Positions 53,132 through 62,795 of a stretch of 64,000 bases of DNA are shown piece by piece (the stretch's first letter is position 1; each line of letters starts with the position of its first letter). A program made the position numbers and the translations under genes. This DNA comes from an uncultured virus (IMG/VR IMGVR_UViG_3300034378_000239) (Duplodnaviria > Heunggongvirae > Uroviricota > Caudoviricetes): the IMG/VR virus record IMGVR_UViG_3300034378_000239; one strand, 5' to 3'. Under the pieces are notes generated by a model, which searched no databases, was not told where the DNA came from, and worked only from the letters and a program-made list of their open reading frames with translations.

Positions 53132-54048
53132 CAGATCTCGAGCTCCCACACGAGCGTCACGACGCGGTCGTTTTGGTTGTCGGCAGCGGGATTGAGGCAG
53201 ACCACCCGCGCCGGCCCCGGAACCTCGATGTGGTCGACGCGGCGGCCCGCGGGAAGCGTGATCTCTCCGATGTTCGCGGCCGCGATGTCGGCCATCGTGC
53301 GGAAGAACGGCGTGAGCAGGTTTCCGGCGTTAGTCTGATACATGGTCAGCCGGACCGCGCCGGCGGGTACGGGTACGTGCGTGTTCACGTTTCCCGCAGC
53401 CAGCAGATACACGTACGTGTCCGTGAGGATCTGGTCTCCGGGCGGACAGGGCGCAGGCGCCAGCCAGGCGCCCACGAACGTGTCGAGCACGAGGCCGCTC
53501 TGGAGGCTTCCGGCCGACTGCTGCGAGTTCGGGTGGACCACGAACCCGGTCGGCGCCAGCACGTCCAGGGTGACCTTGCATGCGACCACCCCGAACCTCA
53601 CGCCCGCGCCGATGTCGAACACGCGCTCGGTGCCCCCGGCCGCCCCGTAGAAACGCACCCGTCCCTTCAGGTGGGTGTGATGCTGCGCCGTGCTCAGCTG
53701 GGTCTCGTTCTGCGCAGTCAGGTTCTCACCGTTTCGCGCGTTCTCACGCGCCCACATGGAAAGCTCCCACTGGAGGGCGATGTTCGGGTCGAGGCCCATT
53801 CGCGCGAGCTCGGGCGAGCTCAAGATCAGCCTGTCGGTCATCGTGGGGGTCGCGGCCGAGCCTATGAGCCCCCACGAGCTGAAAATTTGAAAGTCGTTCT
53901 CCCAGCGTTGGCACGGGATCTTGGTCGGAAACGGCCCGGGAAAGTCGCAGTGCTCCGCGGGCAGCTCGGCGACCTCGGCCGCGCGCTCGGGCAGCCTCGC
54001 CAGCGCCGGATACGTTCTGCCGCTACCTCTCGAGCTCGGGTACCTCAT
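53131..54048 (-). CDS. beta-rich virion protein, jelly-roll capsid/penton candidate
   Basis: ~305 aa of beta-strand patterns, no TM; next to the protease candidate. Confidence 0.55.
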   Translation of the reverse strand: MRYPSSRGSGRTYPALARLPERAAEVAELPAEHCDFPGPFPTKIPCQRWENDFQIFSSWGLIGSAATPTMTDRLILSSPELARMGLDPNIALQWELSMWARENARNGENLTAQNETQLSTAQHHTHLKGRVRFYGAAGGTERVFDIGAGVRFGVVACKVTLDVLAPTGFVVHPNSQQSAGSLQSGLVLDTFVGAWLAPAPCPPGDQILTDTYVYLLAAGNVNTHVPVPAGAVRLTMYQTNAGNLLTPFFRTMADIAAANIGEITLPAGRRVDHIEVPGPARVVCLNPAADNQNDRVVTLVWELEI

Positions 54049-54055
54049 CGTCCAA

Positions 54056-54805
54056 TCAGTCCTTTCCGGGCCATCTGCAGACCTGGTGCTCGCCGGGCCC
54101 CATCGGTCCGCCGGTGCGGCCCCAGTGGTCCTCGCGCTGGTAGGCGCGCGAGATCTCACCGTCGTGGATCACCGTGTCCAAAAGCGCACCGATGTCCACG
54201 ATCGGGACGCGCCGCTCGGGCGCTTGGCGATCCCAGTAGCGGTGCACGATCGTGTTTGCGCCCGGGCCAGCGGCGACCAGGATCGGGCGCCTTTCCTCGA
54301 GCAGCGAGCTCACGATTTGGTCCTCGTGCCACCCGGGATTCACCGCGATGTTCGGGGGGACCTCGTGGTCGGCCTCGGGGCCGCAGGTCACGAGCGCCGA
54401 CCCGTTTCTGTAGATCGATGAAAAGCCCGCAAACGCCGCATCGTAGTTGATCCAGCCGAAGAGCTCCGCGAAGGTCTGGCGACAAAGCGGGATCTTCATG
54501 CGCTCGACGCAGAACTCGCGGCCGAGCCAGTCGCAGCGGCGGCAGTTCACACCGATGCAGTAGCCTTCGAGGTCGGTCTCGAGCGCGGCCAAGAGCGCTG
54601 CGCGAAACCTCGGAACCAGGGCCTTGACATCCCAGCTTTCGTACTCACCTTCGACCCGCTTTTGATACTCGCGCTCGGGCGGCGGGAGCCTCAGCATCGA
54701 GGCCTCACCATCGCCGTAGCGCACGAGCGCAAACGGCTCCATGCGCTCGATGCCGTCGAGCACCGCTTTGAGGTCCGTCCTCATTTCCTGGGCAAAGGTG
54801 ATCAT
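54056..54805 (-). CDS. GT-D-fold (DUF1792-like) glycosyltransferase
   Basis: FALVRYGDGE; LVAAGP.A; IVDIGALLD. Confidence 0.8.
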   Translation of the reverse strand: MITFAQEMRTDLKAVLDGIERMEPFALVRYGDGEASMLRLPPPEREYQKRVEGEYESWDVKALVPRFRAALLAALETDLEGYCIGVNCRRCDWLGREFCVERMKIPLCRQTFAELFGWINYDAAFAGFSSIYRNGSALVTCGPEADHEVPPNIAVNPGWHEDQIVSSLLEERRPILVAAGPGANTIVHRYWDRQAPERRVPIVDIGALLDTVIHDGEISRAYQREDHWGRTGGPMGPGEHQVCRWPGKD

Positions 54806-54845
54806 CCGGTCCGAAAAACATGGTGAGGAGAAAAGCAAGCAAGAG

Positions 54846-54878
54846 GAAAAGCCCGGCGCCCCCAAGGGGCGCCGGGCA
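54846..54878 (-). terminator. rho-independent terminator after the capsid candidate
   Basis: GCCCGGCGCCCC-TTG-GGGGCGCCGGGC-TTTT on the minus strand. Confidence 0.85.
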
Positions 54879-54886
54879 CCGTGGCG

Positions 54887-55618
54887 CTAGACGAGCAGAG
54901 GCACGCCAGCGATCCCCCACAGGTTCACGAATACGTGGACCCTGACCGTGTTCGGGTTGAAGAACGTCATGGTCAGCAGCTGGTTGTTCTGCGACCCGAA
55001 CTTCCTCCAGTCTACGCACTCGATCTCTTTCTCGAATCCGTAGATCAGAGTCCAGACGCCGAAGGACTGGACGGTCTGCGACGCACGCCGCATGTTGGGC
55101 TCCTGGCCGGACCGGGAGTCCTGCAGAAGCACCATGAGCGGCGTGCCCGGGTTGATGATCAGGGTGGGCGTGGTCGTGCTGACCTCGAACGCGATGACGG
55201 CAATGTAGTACGGGATGAAGAAGTCCGCGTCACCGGCATCGACCGCGAGGTTTCCGAACGCGTTGCTTGCGATCCCCGCGGTCCCGAGCGAGTTGATCCC
55301 GATCACGTGGCAGTCGCAACGTGGCGGGATCGGCTTGCAGATCTGCCCCGGGCGCTGGGTGGTCAGACGACCGTGGCCCGCGTCCGTGGGAGAGTCCCCC
55401 CAGTTCGGGGTGCACGGATCGCCCTCACCGGTGCGCGCGCGAACGCGCTGCATCGAGCTCAGGCCGCCCTCCTGCCACGACCCGACGTTGTAGCGGCCGC
55501 CGTAGCGTGCCCTGTACCCCCTCGCCCCGATCCTGTACTCGTCGAGCTGTTTTTCGACGAGGCGCAGATTCTCCTTCATGAACGCTCTGCGCTGTGCGAT
55601 TCCGTCAAAAGGAGGCAT
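54887..55618 (-). CDS. candidate major capsid protein (single jelly-roll-like) with N-terminal extension
   Basis: Strong AAGGAGGGG RBS, own terminator, beta-rich C-terminal ~140 aa ending LTMTFFN....VHVFVNLWG. Confidence 0.55.
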   Translation of the reverse strand: MPPFDGIAQRRAFMKENLRLVEKQLDEYRIGARGYRARYGGRYNVGSWQEGGLSSMQRVRARTGEGDPCTPNWGDSPTDAGHGRLTTQRPGQICKPIPPRCDCHVIGINSLGTAGIASNAFGNLAVDAGDADFFIPYYIAVIAFEVSTTTPTLIINPGTPLMVLLQDSRSGQEPNMRRASQTVQSFGVWTLIYGFEKEIECVDWRKFGSQNNQLLTMTFFNPNTVRVHVFVNLWGIAGVPLLV

Positions 55619-55794
55619 TCGCCCCTCCTTCTTCTCTTCTCGTTTCGGCCTTTCGGCCGTGTCTACACGTTTCCGCGATTCGGGAAGCGCGGTCCCCTGC
55701 GCCACTACCACGGGCGACCCAAGCTCGGACCCCCGGGTCCGAGTGGGCCGCCTCTCCTCGGGCGCTCGAACGAAACTCTTGATCGTGGCTTCGA

Positions 55795-56202
55795 TCACTC
55801 CTTCTTGTTGCCGATCTCGAAGCCCTTGGTACCGAGCCAGTAGCTGAGCACGCCAGCGCCCATGGAGCGCATGGCGCCCGCGAAGCCCTTGGGCACGATC
55901 GGCGTGAGCGAAAGGACGACCAGGCCGGCTCCGATCACGGACTCGCGATCGAGACCGAACCACTGCAGGTCCTCCTCCTCGTTGAAGTCGGGCTCGGCCG
56001 CGGTCTGTCCGTTCCACCAGCCGACCGCGAACGCGGAGCCGCCGGAGAGACCGATCCGCATCGCCTCCTCGGTGATGACCTTGCCCTTCTCCTTGAACTT
56101 GTTGATCTTCGCCGTTGCGTTCCGACGAAGCTTGAGCAACCCGGCAGCGAGCTCTTCCTTGGTGTACTCGTTCGGGTTGATGAGCGCCTGAGACGATGCC
56201 AT
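55795..56202 (-). CDS. multi-pass membrane protein (putative virion membrane protein)
   Basis: AAGGAGAG RBS; Gly-rich hydrophobic segments; first gene of the leftward operon. Confidence 0.7.
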   Translation of the reverse strand: MASSQALINPNEYTKEELAAGLLKLRRNATAKINKFKEKGKVITEEAMRIGLSGGSAFAVGWWNGQTAAEPDFNEEEDLQWFGLDRESVIGAGLVVLSLTPIVPKGFAGAMRSMGAGVLSYWLGTKGFEIGNKKE

Positions 56203-56269
56203 GTCGACTCTCTCCTTTTGGTTGGCTTTCTGTGCGCCCTCGGCGCACGGTTTGGGCAACCCCTTGGGG

Positions 56270-56420
56270 CCGCACTGACAAATGCAACTTTGCGTCACTT
56301 TGGCGGCCGTTTGCAACTATTTGTAGCATTGTGGATTTTATGGACGCCGTAAGTCATTGACATTGCAGGTCAATACCACTTCCGTCCATGGTTTTGTCGT
56401 AGCTATGATATGTGTCTTTC
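56270..56420. promoter_or_regulatory. AT-rich divergent promoter region
   Basis: Marked GC drop; TTGACA at 56357; TATGAT at 56404; separates the structural operon from the + strand gene. Confidence 0.55.
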
Positions 56421-57818
56421 ATGGTGATGACCCCGGAATTCGACTACGACGCGATCGAGCAGGACGTATCCGCGCCCCGCAATCTGGTCTCGCGCCTTGC
56501 TCAGCTCCACCGGTCGCTCAAGCGCGTCGTGCTCAAGGTCGTGCTCGAGAACGTGAAGACACCCAAGCGAGTGAACTCGCTCACGTTCGATGCTTTTCCG
56601 CCAGCGGAGGAGGCCGACGAGATCGCCGAAAAGCTCACCGCGATGGCAACCGCGGACGTGGACGAGCACGAGCTCCCCCCACGCATGTACGAGGCGATGT
56701 GCGACCTCCAAACCTCCGGAGGCACCAAGAAGAAGCCCAAGTACATTCGGTTCAAGATCGACGTCGAGGGCATGGCGCGAGATGCCACGGACGAGTCCGA
56801 GGCCGAAACGATCGTGCGCGCGGCCATGACCTTCATTGAGGTCGTGACCGAGCAGAACAAGGAGCTGCACTCGACGCTCATCGACAACACCAAGATCGTC
56901 CGCGAGGCCACGCTCCCGCTTCAGGCGACCATGAAGGAAATGGGCGAGATCGTCGCCAACGCGTATCGCCTAGCCTCGTATGCCCAGTTCCTCGTCATGG
57001 AGATGCAGCGCCAGGACAAGGAGCTCGAGATCTCGGCCGAGAAATGGAAGGAGGGCATGGGCCTGCTCAAGGAGGTCATGCCCAAGATCGTCAAAAAGAA
57101 GCTCGAGCGGCTCGAAAAGAAGCTCGGGCTCGACAAGGACGAGCGCGACGAGGACGAGGGCGAAAAGAAGAAGGGCGAAAAGAAGAAGGACGAAAAGAAA
57201 AAGGACGACGACGAGGGAGGCGACGATGAGGAGATCGAGCGCGACGAAAACGGCCGCGTCGTGATCCGCATGGCCGGTGCGTGCCGCGACTTCGGGTCAT
57301 CGATCGAGCCGGGCCAGTGGGCCAAGCTCAGAAAGGCTCTCGAGAGCGAGCACTTCGAGCTGTTCGAAAAGGTCGTCGGGATCGAGGAGGGCAGAGACGA
57401 TGAAGCGCTCGAGCTCGTGCTTGCGCTTTCGAAGGTCATGGATCGGCCGTCGATCAAGCTCGAGCTGGGCATGATCTTCACGGCCCAGCAGGTCGGCGTG
57501 ATCACCTCGATTGTGAAGGTCGCCTACGCCAAGAAGGAGGAGGCGGAAACGGGCAAAAAAGGCGCAAAGGACGCGAAAAGCGCAGACGCCCCGCCCTCGG
57601 CCCCTCCCAGCGCCGCCAAGCAGCCCGAGTCCGACGAGGGGCAAGGGGACCCGGACGAGGACGCAGCGCCCCAGGAGGCCGCAGAGGAACCCGAGGAGGG
57701 CGATGCTGGCGAGACCGAGGACGAGGAAGGCGACGAACCCGGGGACGAAGACGAAACCGCGACGAAAGCGCCGAAATCGAGGCGAAAGAAGCGGCGCACG
57801 CGCGGCAGAACGAGGTAG
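56421..57818 (+). CDS. large helical protein with charged low-complexity tracts
   Basis: Long ORF with GC3-biased codons; D/E/K-rich. Confidence 0.8.
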   Translation: MVMTPEFDYDAIEQDVSAPRNLVSRLAQLHRSLKRVVLKVVLENVKTPKRVNSLTFDAFPPAEEADEIAEKLTAMATADVDEHELPPRMYEAMCDLQTSGGTKKKPKYIRFKIDVEGMARDATDESEAETIVRAAMTFIEVVTEQNKELHSTLIDNTKIVREATLPLQATMKEMGEIVANAYRLASYAQFLVMEMQRQDKELEISAEKWKEGMGLLKEVMPKIVKKKLERLEKKLGLDKDERDEDEGEKKKGEKKKDEKKKDDDEGGDDEEIERDENGRVVIRMAGACRDFGSSIEPGQWAKLRKALESEHFELFEKVVGIEEGRDDEALELVLALSKVMDRPSIKLELGMIFTAQQVGVITSIVKVAYAKKEEAETGKKGAKDAKSADAPPSAPPSAAKQPESDEGQGDPDEDAAPQEAAEEPEEGDAGETEDEEGDEPGDEDETATKAPKSRRKKRRTRGRTR

Positions 57819-57920
57819 TCGTGTCTTTTTGTCACACGAAAAACCGGGCCTGGTGGATAGGTCGTGACATCACGACAGTCGGCTCGGTTCGTCCGAAATC
57901 GAGATATCTAACGCTGTAAA

Positions 57921-58214
57921 GTCGAGTAGGTCGAGTAGGTCGAGTAGGCTGATTCACCCTACTCGACGTCGTATCTCCCCGAATACTACGTTTACAACAG
58001 CGTTCCCAGCTGTCAGTCGAGTACGTCGAGTAGAAATTAAAATCTTAACGCGCGAGAAAAAAAGAAGAGAATTTACAATTTATATATATAGGGGTACAAA
58101 GCTACTCGACCTACTCGACTTGACATTGTTTTCGGGGTACCAGGTGGGTCTGGCGTGCCGAATTCGCATGTCGAGTAGACCAACGCTACTCGACACCTAC
58201 TCGACCTACTCGAC
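57921..58214. other. putative replication origin: 12 GTCGAGTAG 9-mer iterons around an AT-rich core
   Basis: Forward copies at 57921, 57930, 57939, 58016 (variant), 58025, 58170; reverse at 57959, 58102, 58111, 58186, 58197, 58206; AT core ~58034-58091. Confidence 0.85.
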
Positions 58215-58219
58215 GCCAG

Positions 58220-61030
58220 TTATGCGTCGTGTGTCGGGTTTAGTATCTCCACGCACCAGACGTGTGAGTTTCGATACCTGACAGGCACGAGGCGTCGTCT
58301 TTCGAAAACGCGCTTGGTGAATCTGCGAAGATTGCGCGAAATGACGATGGGCGTCAATTTCGGTGCGATGACCTGGAGCGTCTCCTCGATGGCGGCGAGG
58401 GTTTCGCGCAGGCCCGGGGGCGGCTCGGAGACGAGCTCGAGCACGCGAGCGATCGTGCAGCCGGCGAGTTGCTGGCCGTCCTTGGTGAGCACGGTTTGGC
58501 CGTAGGGGCCCGCGGCGAGCTCGTGCCAGAGCCGAAGCAGGATCGGCATGGCGCTGGCTTCTTCTTCGGCCAGATCGGACAGCTCGCCGCGGGTGAGGCC
58601 GGGGTCGGGTTGGCCGCAGAACACGATCGCCTCGCGTACGAGGTCGGACCAGGGCTGAAACGATCCCCAGGGAATGGAGTCCGGGCTTTTCGGGCCGCCC
58701 GCGACGCAAAAGGCACGAAGCACGGTGAGGGCCGCACGGACGAGCCGCGACCGTTCCCTTTTCACGTACGAAAGCAGGTCGGGGTGAGCGAAGCCCGATC
58801 TTTCCTCGGGGTGCTCGAGCTCGCTTTCGAGGCGAACGTGAAGCGATCGCCTAGCGGTGTCGCCGCGGACGCGGACGTTGTTGCCGGTCGCGTACCAGCA
58901 CGCCAAAAGCGGGATCCGGACCATCTTGTTCTTGCCGAGCGCGCGGTCGGACCAGTACGTGCCGGTGAGCGCGGCGTCGAGCGCCGAGGTCCCGAGGACC
59001 TTGGCGACGTTGTCGATGAGGATCAGGCGGTCGCCCTCCATGGTGACCGAGGTGATCCTCTTTCGTTCCTCCTCCTCGTCCTTGGACTGGTTCATGCGGG
59101 CCATGGATCGACCCGTGACGATCTCGCCGATCACGTCGGAAAGGAGGGTCTTGCCGCAGCCGCGGACATTGCCGTCGATGATCACCATGGGGCACGGTCC
59201 CTCGAACGCGAACCGTGCGAACGGTGTGAGCAGCCCGGCGATCCAGGCCGAGGCGTGGCGAGACGATGCGAGCGGGAAGTCGCGGATCACCTCGACGAGC
59301 TCGGCGTACGCGGCCACGGCATCCTTTTGCGAGGGCCTTTCGGGCACCGGCAGAAAGTGCGCGGACGGGGCGTAGAAGATCCCGGTCTGGTCATCGTAGC
59401 CCGGGGCATCAAGCACGGTGCCGTCGGGGCGGAGCACCGGGCTTTCGGCCACGGCCCAGAGCTGACGGATCCCGGGCCACACGCCGCGCGTATGCACGTC
59501 CTTTTCGACCCAGGGCGGCGCGTGCGTGAGCACGAGCTCGCCCTCCTTGTTGTATTTTTTCCAGATGATGCTTTCGGCCATCATCGACCGGACCTGGGGC
59601 TCGGGGAGCGCGACGATCACGGGCGACCCCTTCGCCCTCTTGACGGGCCGGCTGGTTTCGGACGATACGATCATCGAGAGCGCGCCGGCGCGGGCGTAGA
59701 GGTCGGGGCGTCTGACGAGCGCGCGGATCGCCTGGTCGGCGACCTCGCGTTCCTCGGTGGTGATGATGATCGTGGGGCGCCCGGGCTTTTTGCCCCCTTT
59801 GCCGCCTCCGCCTTCGTCTTTGCCCTCGACGACGCGAAGGTCCGGAAGGCTCGCGTCGTCCTCGGGGGGGGCCTCGGCCGGGGCCTCGGCCTCGCCGCGC
59901 AGCTCAGGCGGGATGTCGGTGTCGCCTGGTGGTGGTGGGGGGGGCTCGTCCTCGCCGAGCTCGGGGCCCTGGGGCATGGCGCCTGACACGTGCCTCGTAC
60001 GTGGTCCCGCAGGTTGCGAAGGGGGTGCGTACCGATCCTCGGGCGGTGGCGGCGGCGGGACCTCGTCCCCTATGGGCGGCGCCTCGGGGCGTTCGTGCTC
60101 GACGTAGGTGATCGGGTCGCGCTCGCGCTCCTCATCGAGCCGATACCCGAACGGCTGGTCTCTGCGCTCGTGGATCGCCTTGAGCTTGCGCCAGAGCTCG
60201 TGTTCGTCCCACGGCGGGTCGCAGCGGCCGTTCCATACCAGGAGGATCTGCCAGAATTCGCAGGGCTCGAGCCCGAAGTCACCGCCTATGCCGCAGACGC
60301 CATTGGTCGCCTTCCAGCCACCCCGGCCCTCGATCGCCGGGGCCACGCGCTCCATGAACGCCTCGCAGCGCAGTAGCCTGCGCTCCATGGAGTGGTCGCC
60401 GAGCGAAAACGAAAGCGTCTTCTTGGCTGGCGGCCGGGCTTCGAGGAGGATCGCCTCGGGCACGGGCGCGAGCGGCGTTCCCCAGTTCTCCCAGGTGTAG
60501 AGGTTTCCCGAGCGGTGAAGCGAAGGCGGCGCGACCACGAAGTTTCCGCCCTGGGCGAGGAGGTCGAGCCCCGGCCGGAACTTGATCCGCGTGCGGATCT
60601 GCCCGTCGTCGCAAAGAAAGTAGAAGTGGCGGCCACCACCGCCGGTCTTTGCGATGAGCGTTTCGGGGAGCGGGCCGCGCTCGTGCTCGAAGGCACGAAG
60701 CGCCTCGTCGCCGCCGTCTTTCACATCGAGGTCGAGGACCACGAAGTGCGAGCGCGCGCCGCCCGGGGCGAGCGCAATTCCGGCATCGGGTACGCGATTC
60801 CAGTGCGCCCTGACCACGCGTTCGTCTCGGGTCGCATCGTGGACGCCGTGGCGGGTGTCGGGGTGCTTGCCGAGTTGGGTGCAGCTCGGGCGCCCGCACG
60901 AGCACCGGCCTTCGATGATCCGGTGGAGCGGCAAGACGAGCCAACCGCGCCGAGCGTATTCGAGCGCGATCTCAAGGTGCGATCCCGGAATCTGCGGCAT
61001 CGGCGCGGCGTGCTGTTTATGCGCCGTCAC
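58220..61030 (-). CDS. bifunctional primase-polymerase fused to a P-loop helicase-like domain
   Basis: YARRGW.VLPL, GKHP...HG..DAT.D, VLDLD, TGGGGRHFYF, VVAPPSLH.SG..Y.W; PriCT-like WN.RC.PPW; GCGKT, ILIDNV, ATGNN. Confidence 0.92.
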   Translation of the reverse strand: MTAHKQHAAPMPQIPGSHLEIALEYARRGWLVLPLHRIIEGRCSCGRPSCTQLGKHPDTRHGVHDATRDERVVRAHWNRVPDAGIALAPGGARSHFVVLDLDVKDGGDEALRAFEHERGPLPETLIAKTGGGGRHFYFLCDDGQIRTRIKFRPGLDLLAQGGNFVVAPPSLHRSGNLYTWENWGTPLAPVPEAILLEARPPAKKTLSFSLGDHSMERRLLRCEAFMERVAPAIEGRGGWKATNGVCGIGGDFGLEPCEFWQILLVWNGRCDPPWDEHELWRKLKAIHERRDQPFGYRLDEERERDPITYVEHERPEAPPIGDEVPPPPPPEDRYAPPSQPAGPRTRHVSGAMPQGPELGEDEPPPPPPGDTDIPPELRGEAEAPAEAPPEDDASLPDLRVVEGKDEGGGGKGGKKPGRPTIIITTEEREVADQAIRALVRRPDLYARAGALSMIVSSETSRPVKRAKGSPVIVALPEPQVRSMMAESIIWKKYNKEGELVLTHAPPWVEKDVHTRGVWPGIRQLWAVAESPVLRPDGTVLDAPGYDDQTGIFYAPSAHFLPVPERPSQKDAVAAYAELVEVIRDFPLASSRHASAWIAGLLTPFARFAFEGPCPMVIIDGNVRGCGKTLLSDVIGEIVTGRSMARMNQSKDEEEERKRITSVTMEGDRLILIDNVAKVLGTSALDAALTGTYWSDRALGKNKMVRIPLLACWYATGNNVRVRGDTARRSLHVRLESELEHPEERSGFAHPDLLSYVKRERSRLVRAALTVLRAFCVAGGPKSPDSIPWGSFQPWSDLVREAIVFCGQPDPGLTRGELSDLAEEEASAMPILLRLWHELAAGPYGQTVLTKDGQQLAGCTIARVLELVSEPPPGLRETLAAIEETLQVIAPKLTPIVISRNLRRFTKRVFERRRLVPVRYRNSHVWCVEILNPTHDA

Positions 61031-61610
61031 CGTCGAGGCGATCTCTCGGCTCGAGGTCCTTGGATGTCCTGAGAGTCTCGCTTACGCGTCTTTGCCACGG
61101 TGCCTCCTGGGGGAGGGGAGGGGGAGGATTGAAATGGGGCGAAGAAAGCGGGGCTAGGGCCTCTGTGGCGACAGGAGGCATCGAGCCGGGCCCGCCCCGC
61201 AGAGGCCCGGCGCTTCGCGGGCCAGCTCGGCTTTACGCCAGCCCGGAACTCGCGCGACTCGTACCGACAGCCGGTCATCGCCATGACCGGGCGACCCTAG
61301 CAGGGGGCGAAATGGGGCGCAAGAACTGGCGATCCGCGGGCGCGCGACAATGCGCATAGTGCGACGAGAAAAGGTGAGGCCCGAAGGGTCCATGAAGCGA
61401 ACCCTCCGGGCCTCGAGCGCACCCCGTCACGGCCGTTTGGAAAGGACAGACACGATGCCGGGGTGCGCAAGCTCGGTCATAGCTTGCGCCTGAGCTCGCT
61501 TTCGATCCGCTCGAGGCGCCCGTCGATGCTCTGGAGCAGCTCGGCGATGATGCCGAGCGCGCGGATCAGCTGGAGGAGGTAGCCCTCCAGCTTGTCCATC
61601 CACCGAAATC

Positions 61611-61844
61611 TCACGCGGCCCTCCTCGCCTCCTCGATCTGCCTCTGCCAGACCCGCTCGTACACGAGTTCCTCGACCTCATTGGCGCGGCGGCCGAGCAC
61701 GCGCTCGAGCGCCTCGCGATGCGTGGGCCAGAGGTAGTAGGGGATCACCCGGTGGCGCCTGGGATCGAGGCCGCAGGCGAGGTCCTCCGCTGCGCCGGCC
61801 TTTGCGGCGGCGCGAATGATCGTCGCAGTCGTTTCAGTGTTCAT
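61611..61844 (-). CDS. hypothetical protein (start MNTETT)
   Basis: AAGGA RBS. Confidence 0.5.
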   Translation of the reverse strand: MNTETTATIIRAAAKAGAAEDLACGLDPRRHRVIPYYLWPTHREALERVLGRRANEVEELVYERVWQRQIEEARRAA

Positions 61845-61976
61845 GGGTTTAGTTGGTCCTTTCCGACCCCGCGCCAGGAGTCGCACCTGGCAACCCGCGT
61901 GTCCGAGAGCAGATGTATCGCGCTTCCCTCCGTTTGTTGCGGGTTCCACTGGGGCGGGGCAGATCACGCTTCTTCA

Positions 61977-62231
61977 CTAGAGCTCCTTTATGAGCGCGAT
62001 CAGCCTTTCGCGGAGCTCGGTTTTGACCTTCTGCTCGCGGGCCCAGAGTTCGGGGTTGTCGACGATGTGCGGCGTGGCGCGTGAGACACCTTTGAGCTGC
62101 AGGATCGCGGCAACGAGCGGCTGCACGTCATCGATGCGGTAGTCGTCCTTGAGCGCGACGGTGATGGCGTTGGTGACGGGCCTTCTGTCGGTTAGGGTGA
62201 TCGTTCTCTTCTTGGGTTCCGTGGTGTTCAT
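61977..62231 (-). CDS. hypothetical protein, possibly chimeric
   Basis: AAGGA RBS; ITVALKDD.R.DD..PLV.AI.QLKGV pattern seen in small phage proteins. Confidence 0.6.
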   Translation of the reverse strand: MNTTEPKKRTITLTDRRPVTNAITVALKDDYRIDDVQPLVAAILQLKGVSRATPHIVDNPELWAREQKVKTELRERLIALIKEL

Positions 62232-62450
62232 GGTGGTTTCCTTGGTGGCCCTGGTTCGTCAAGCGGGGTAGGGCCGGGTTCCCCGCGACGGCCCCGCGGG
62301 GCCGTTTCGCCTAGTCGGTCTCCTCCAGGTGTGCCGCAACGGCGCGGCCGAGCTTCCCATATCGAAGTCTTCGGTTTCTTCTCCACCTCCACGAAGTGTA
62401 TGAATTTATAACGCATATCTGTTAACCTCCGTTCTTGTTAACCACTCGCG

Positions 62451-62714
62451 TCACGTTGGTTTCGTGTTGATAATTGGCGATTCCTGAACAGCAATCAAAT
62501 CCCGCAAATGTTTCGCATTTCCATGTTCCCCTATCGACTCGTACAATCGGATACAGACTTCAACATCTTCCCGGCTTCCACGAAAATCGTACAACCGATA
62601 AATGGCAGCAAGCTCCGACTCCGACAAATCGGTAATAGTGCTTAGACCCCGCATATGACCAGCCCCAATCGCATATTCCAACGTCATAACAACCTCCATT
62701 TTTGTTTCTGGCAA
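62451..62714 (-). CDS. hypothetical protein in a low-GC patch
   Basis: Open frame with AT-rich codon usage unlike its flanks. Confidence 0.5.
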   Translation of the reverse strand: MPETKMEVVMTLEYAIGAGHMRGLSTITDLSESELAAIYRLYDFRGSREDVEVCIRLYESIGEHGNAKHLRDLIAVQESPIINTKPT

Positions 62715-62795
62715 TATTCACTCATCGAAACACGCTGACGGTTCCGCGCAAAATCCTGACCTGCCCGGTGATGTAGCGGCACGCCTTGCCATTGA

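Noticed and set aside
54887..56329. 480-aa ORF as the full capsid protein
   Set aside because: The upstream part overlaps the 55795-56202 membrane gene in another frame; the strong RBS supports a start at 55618.
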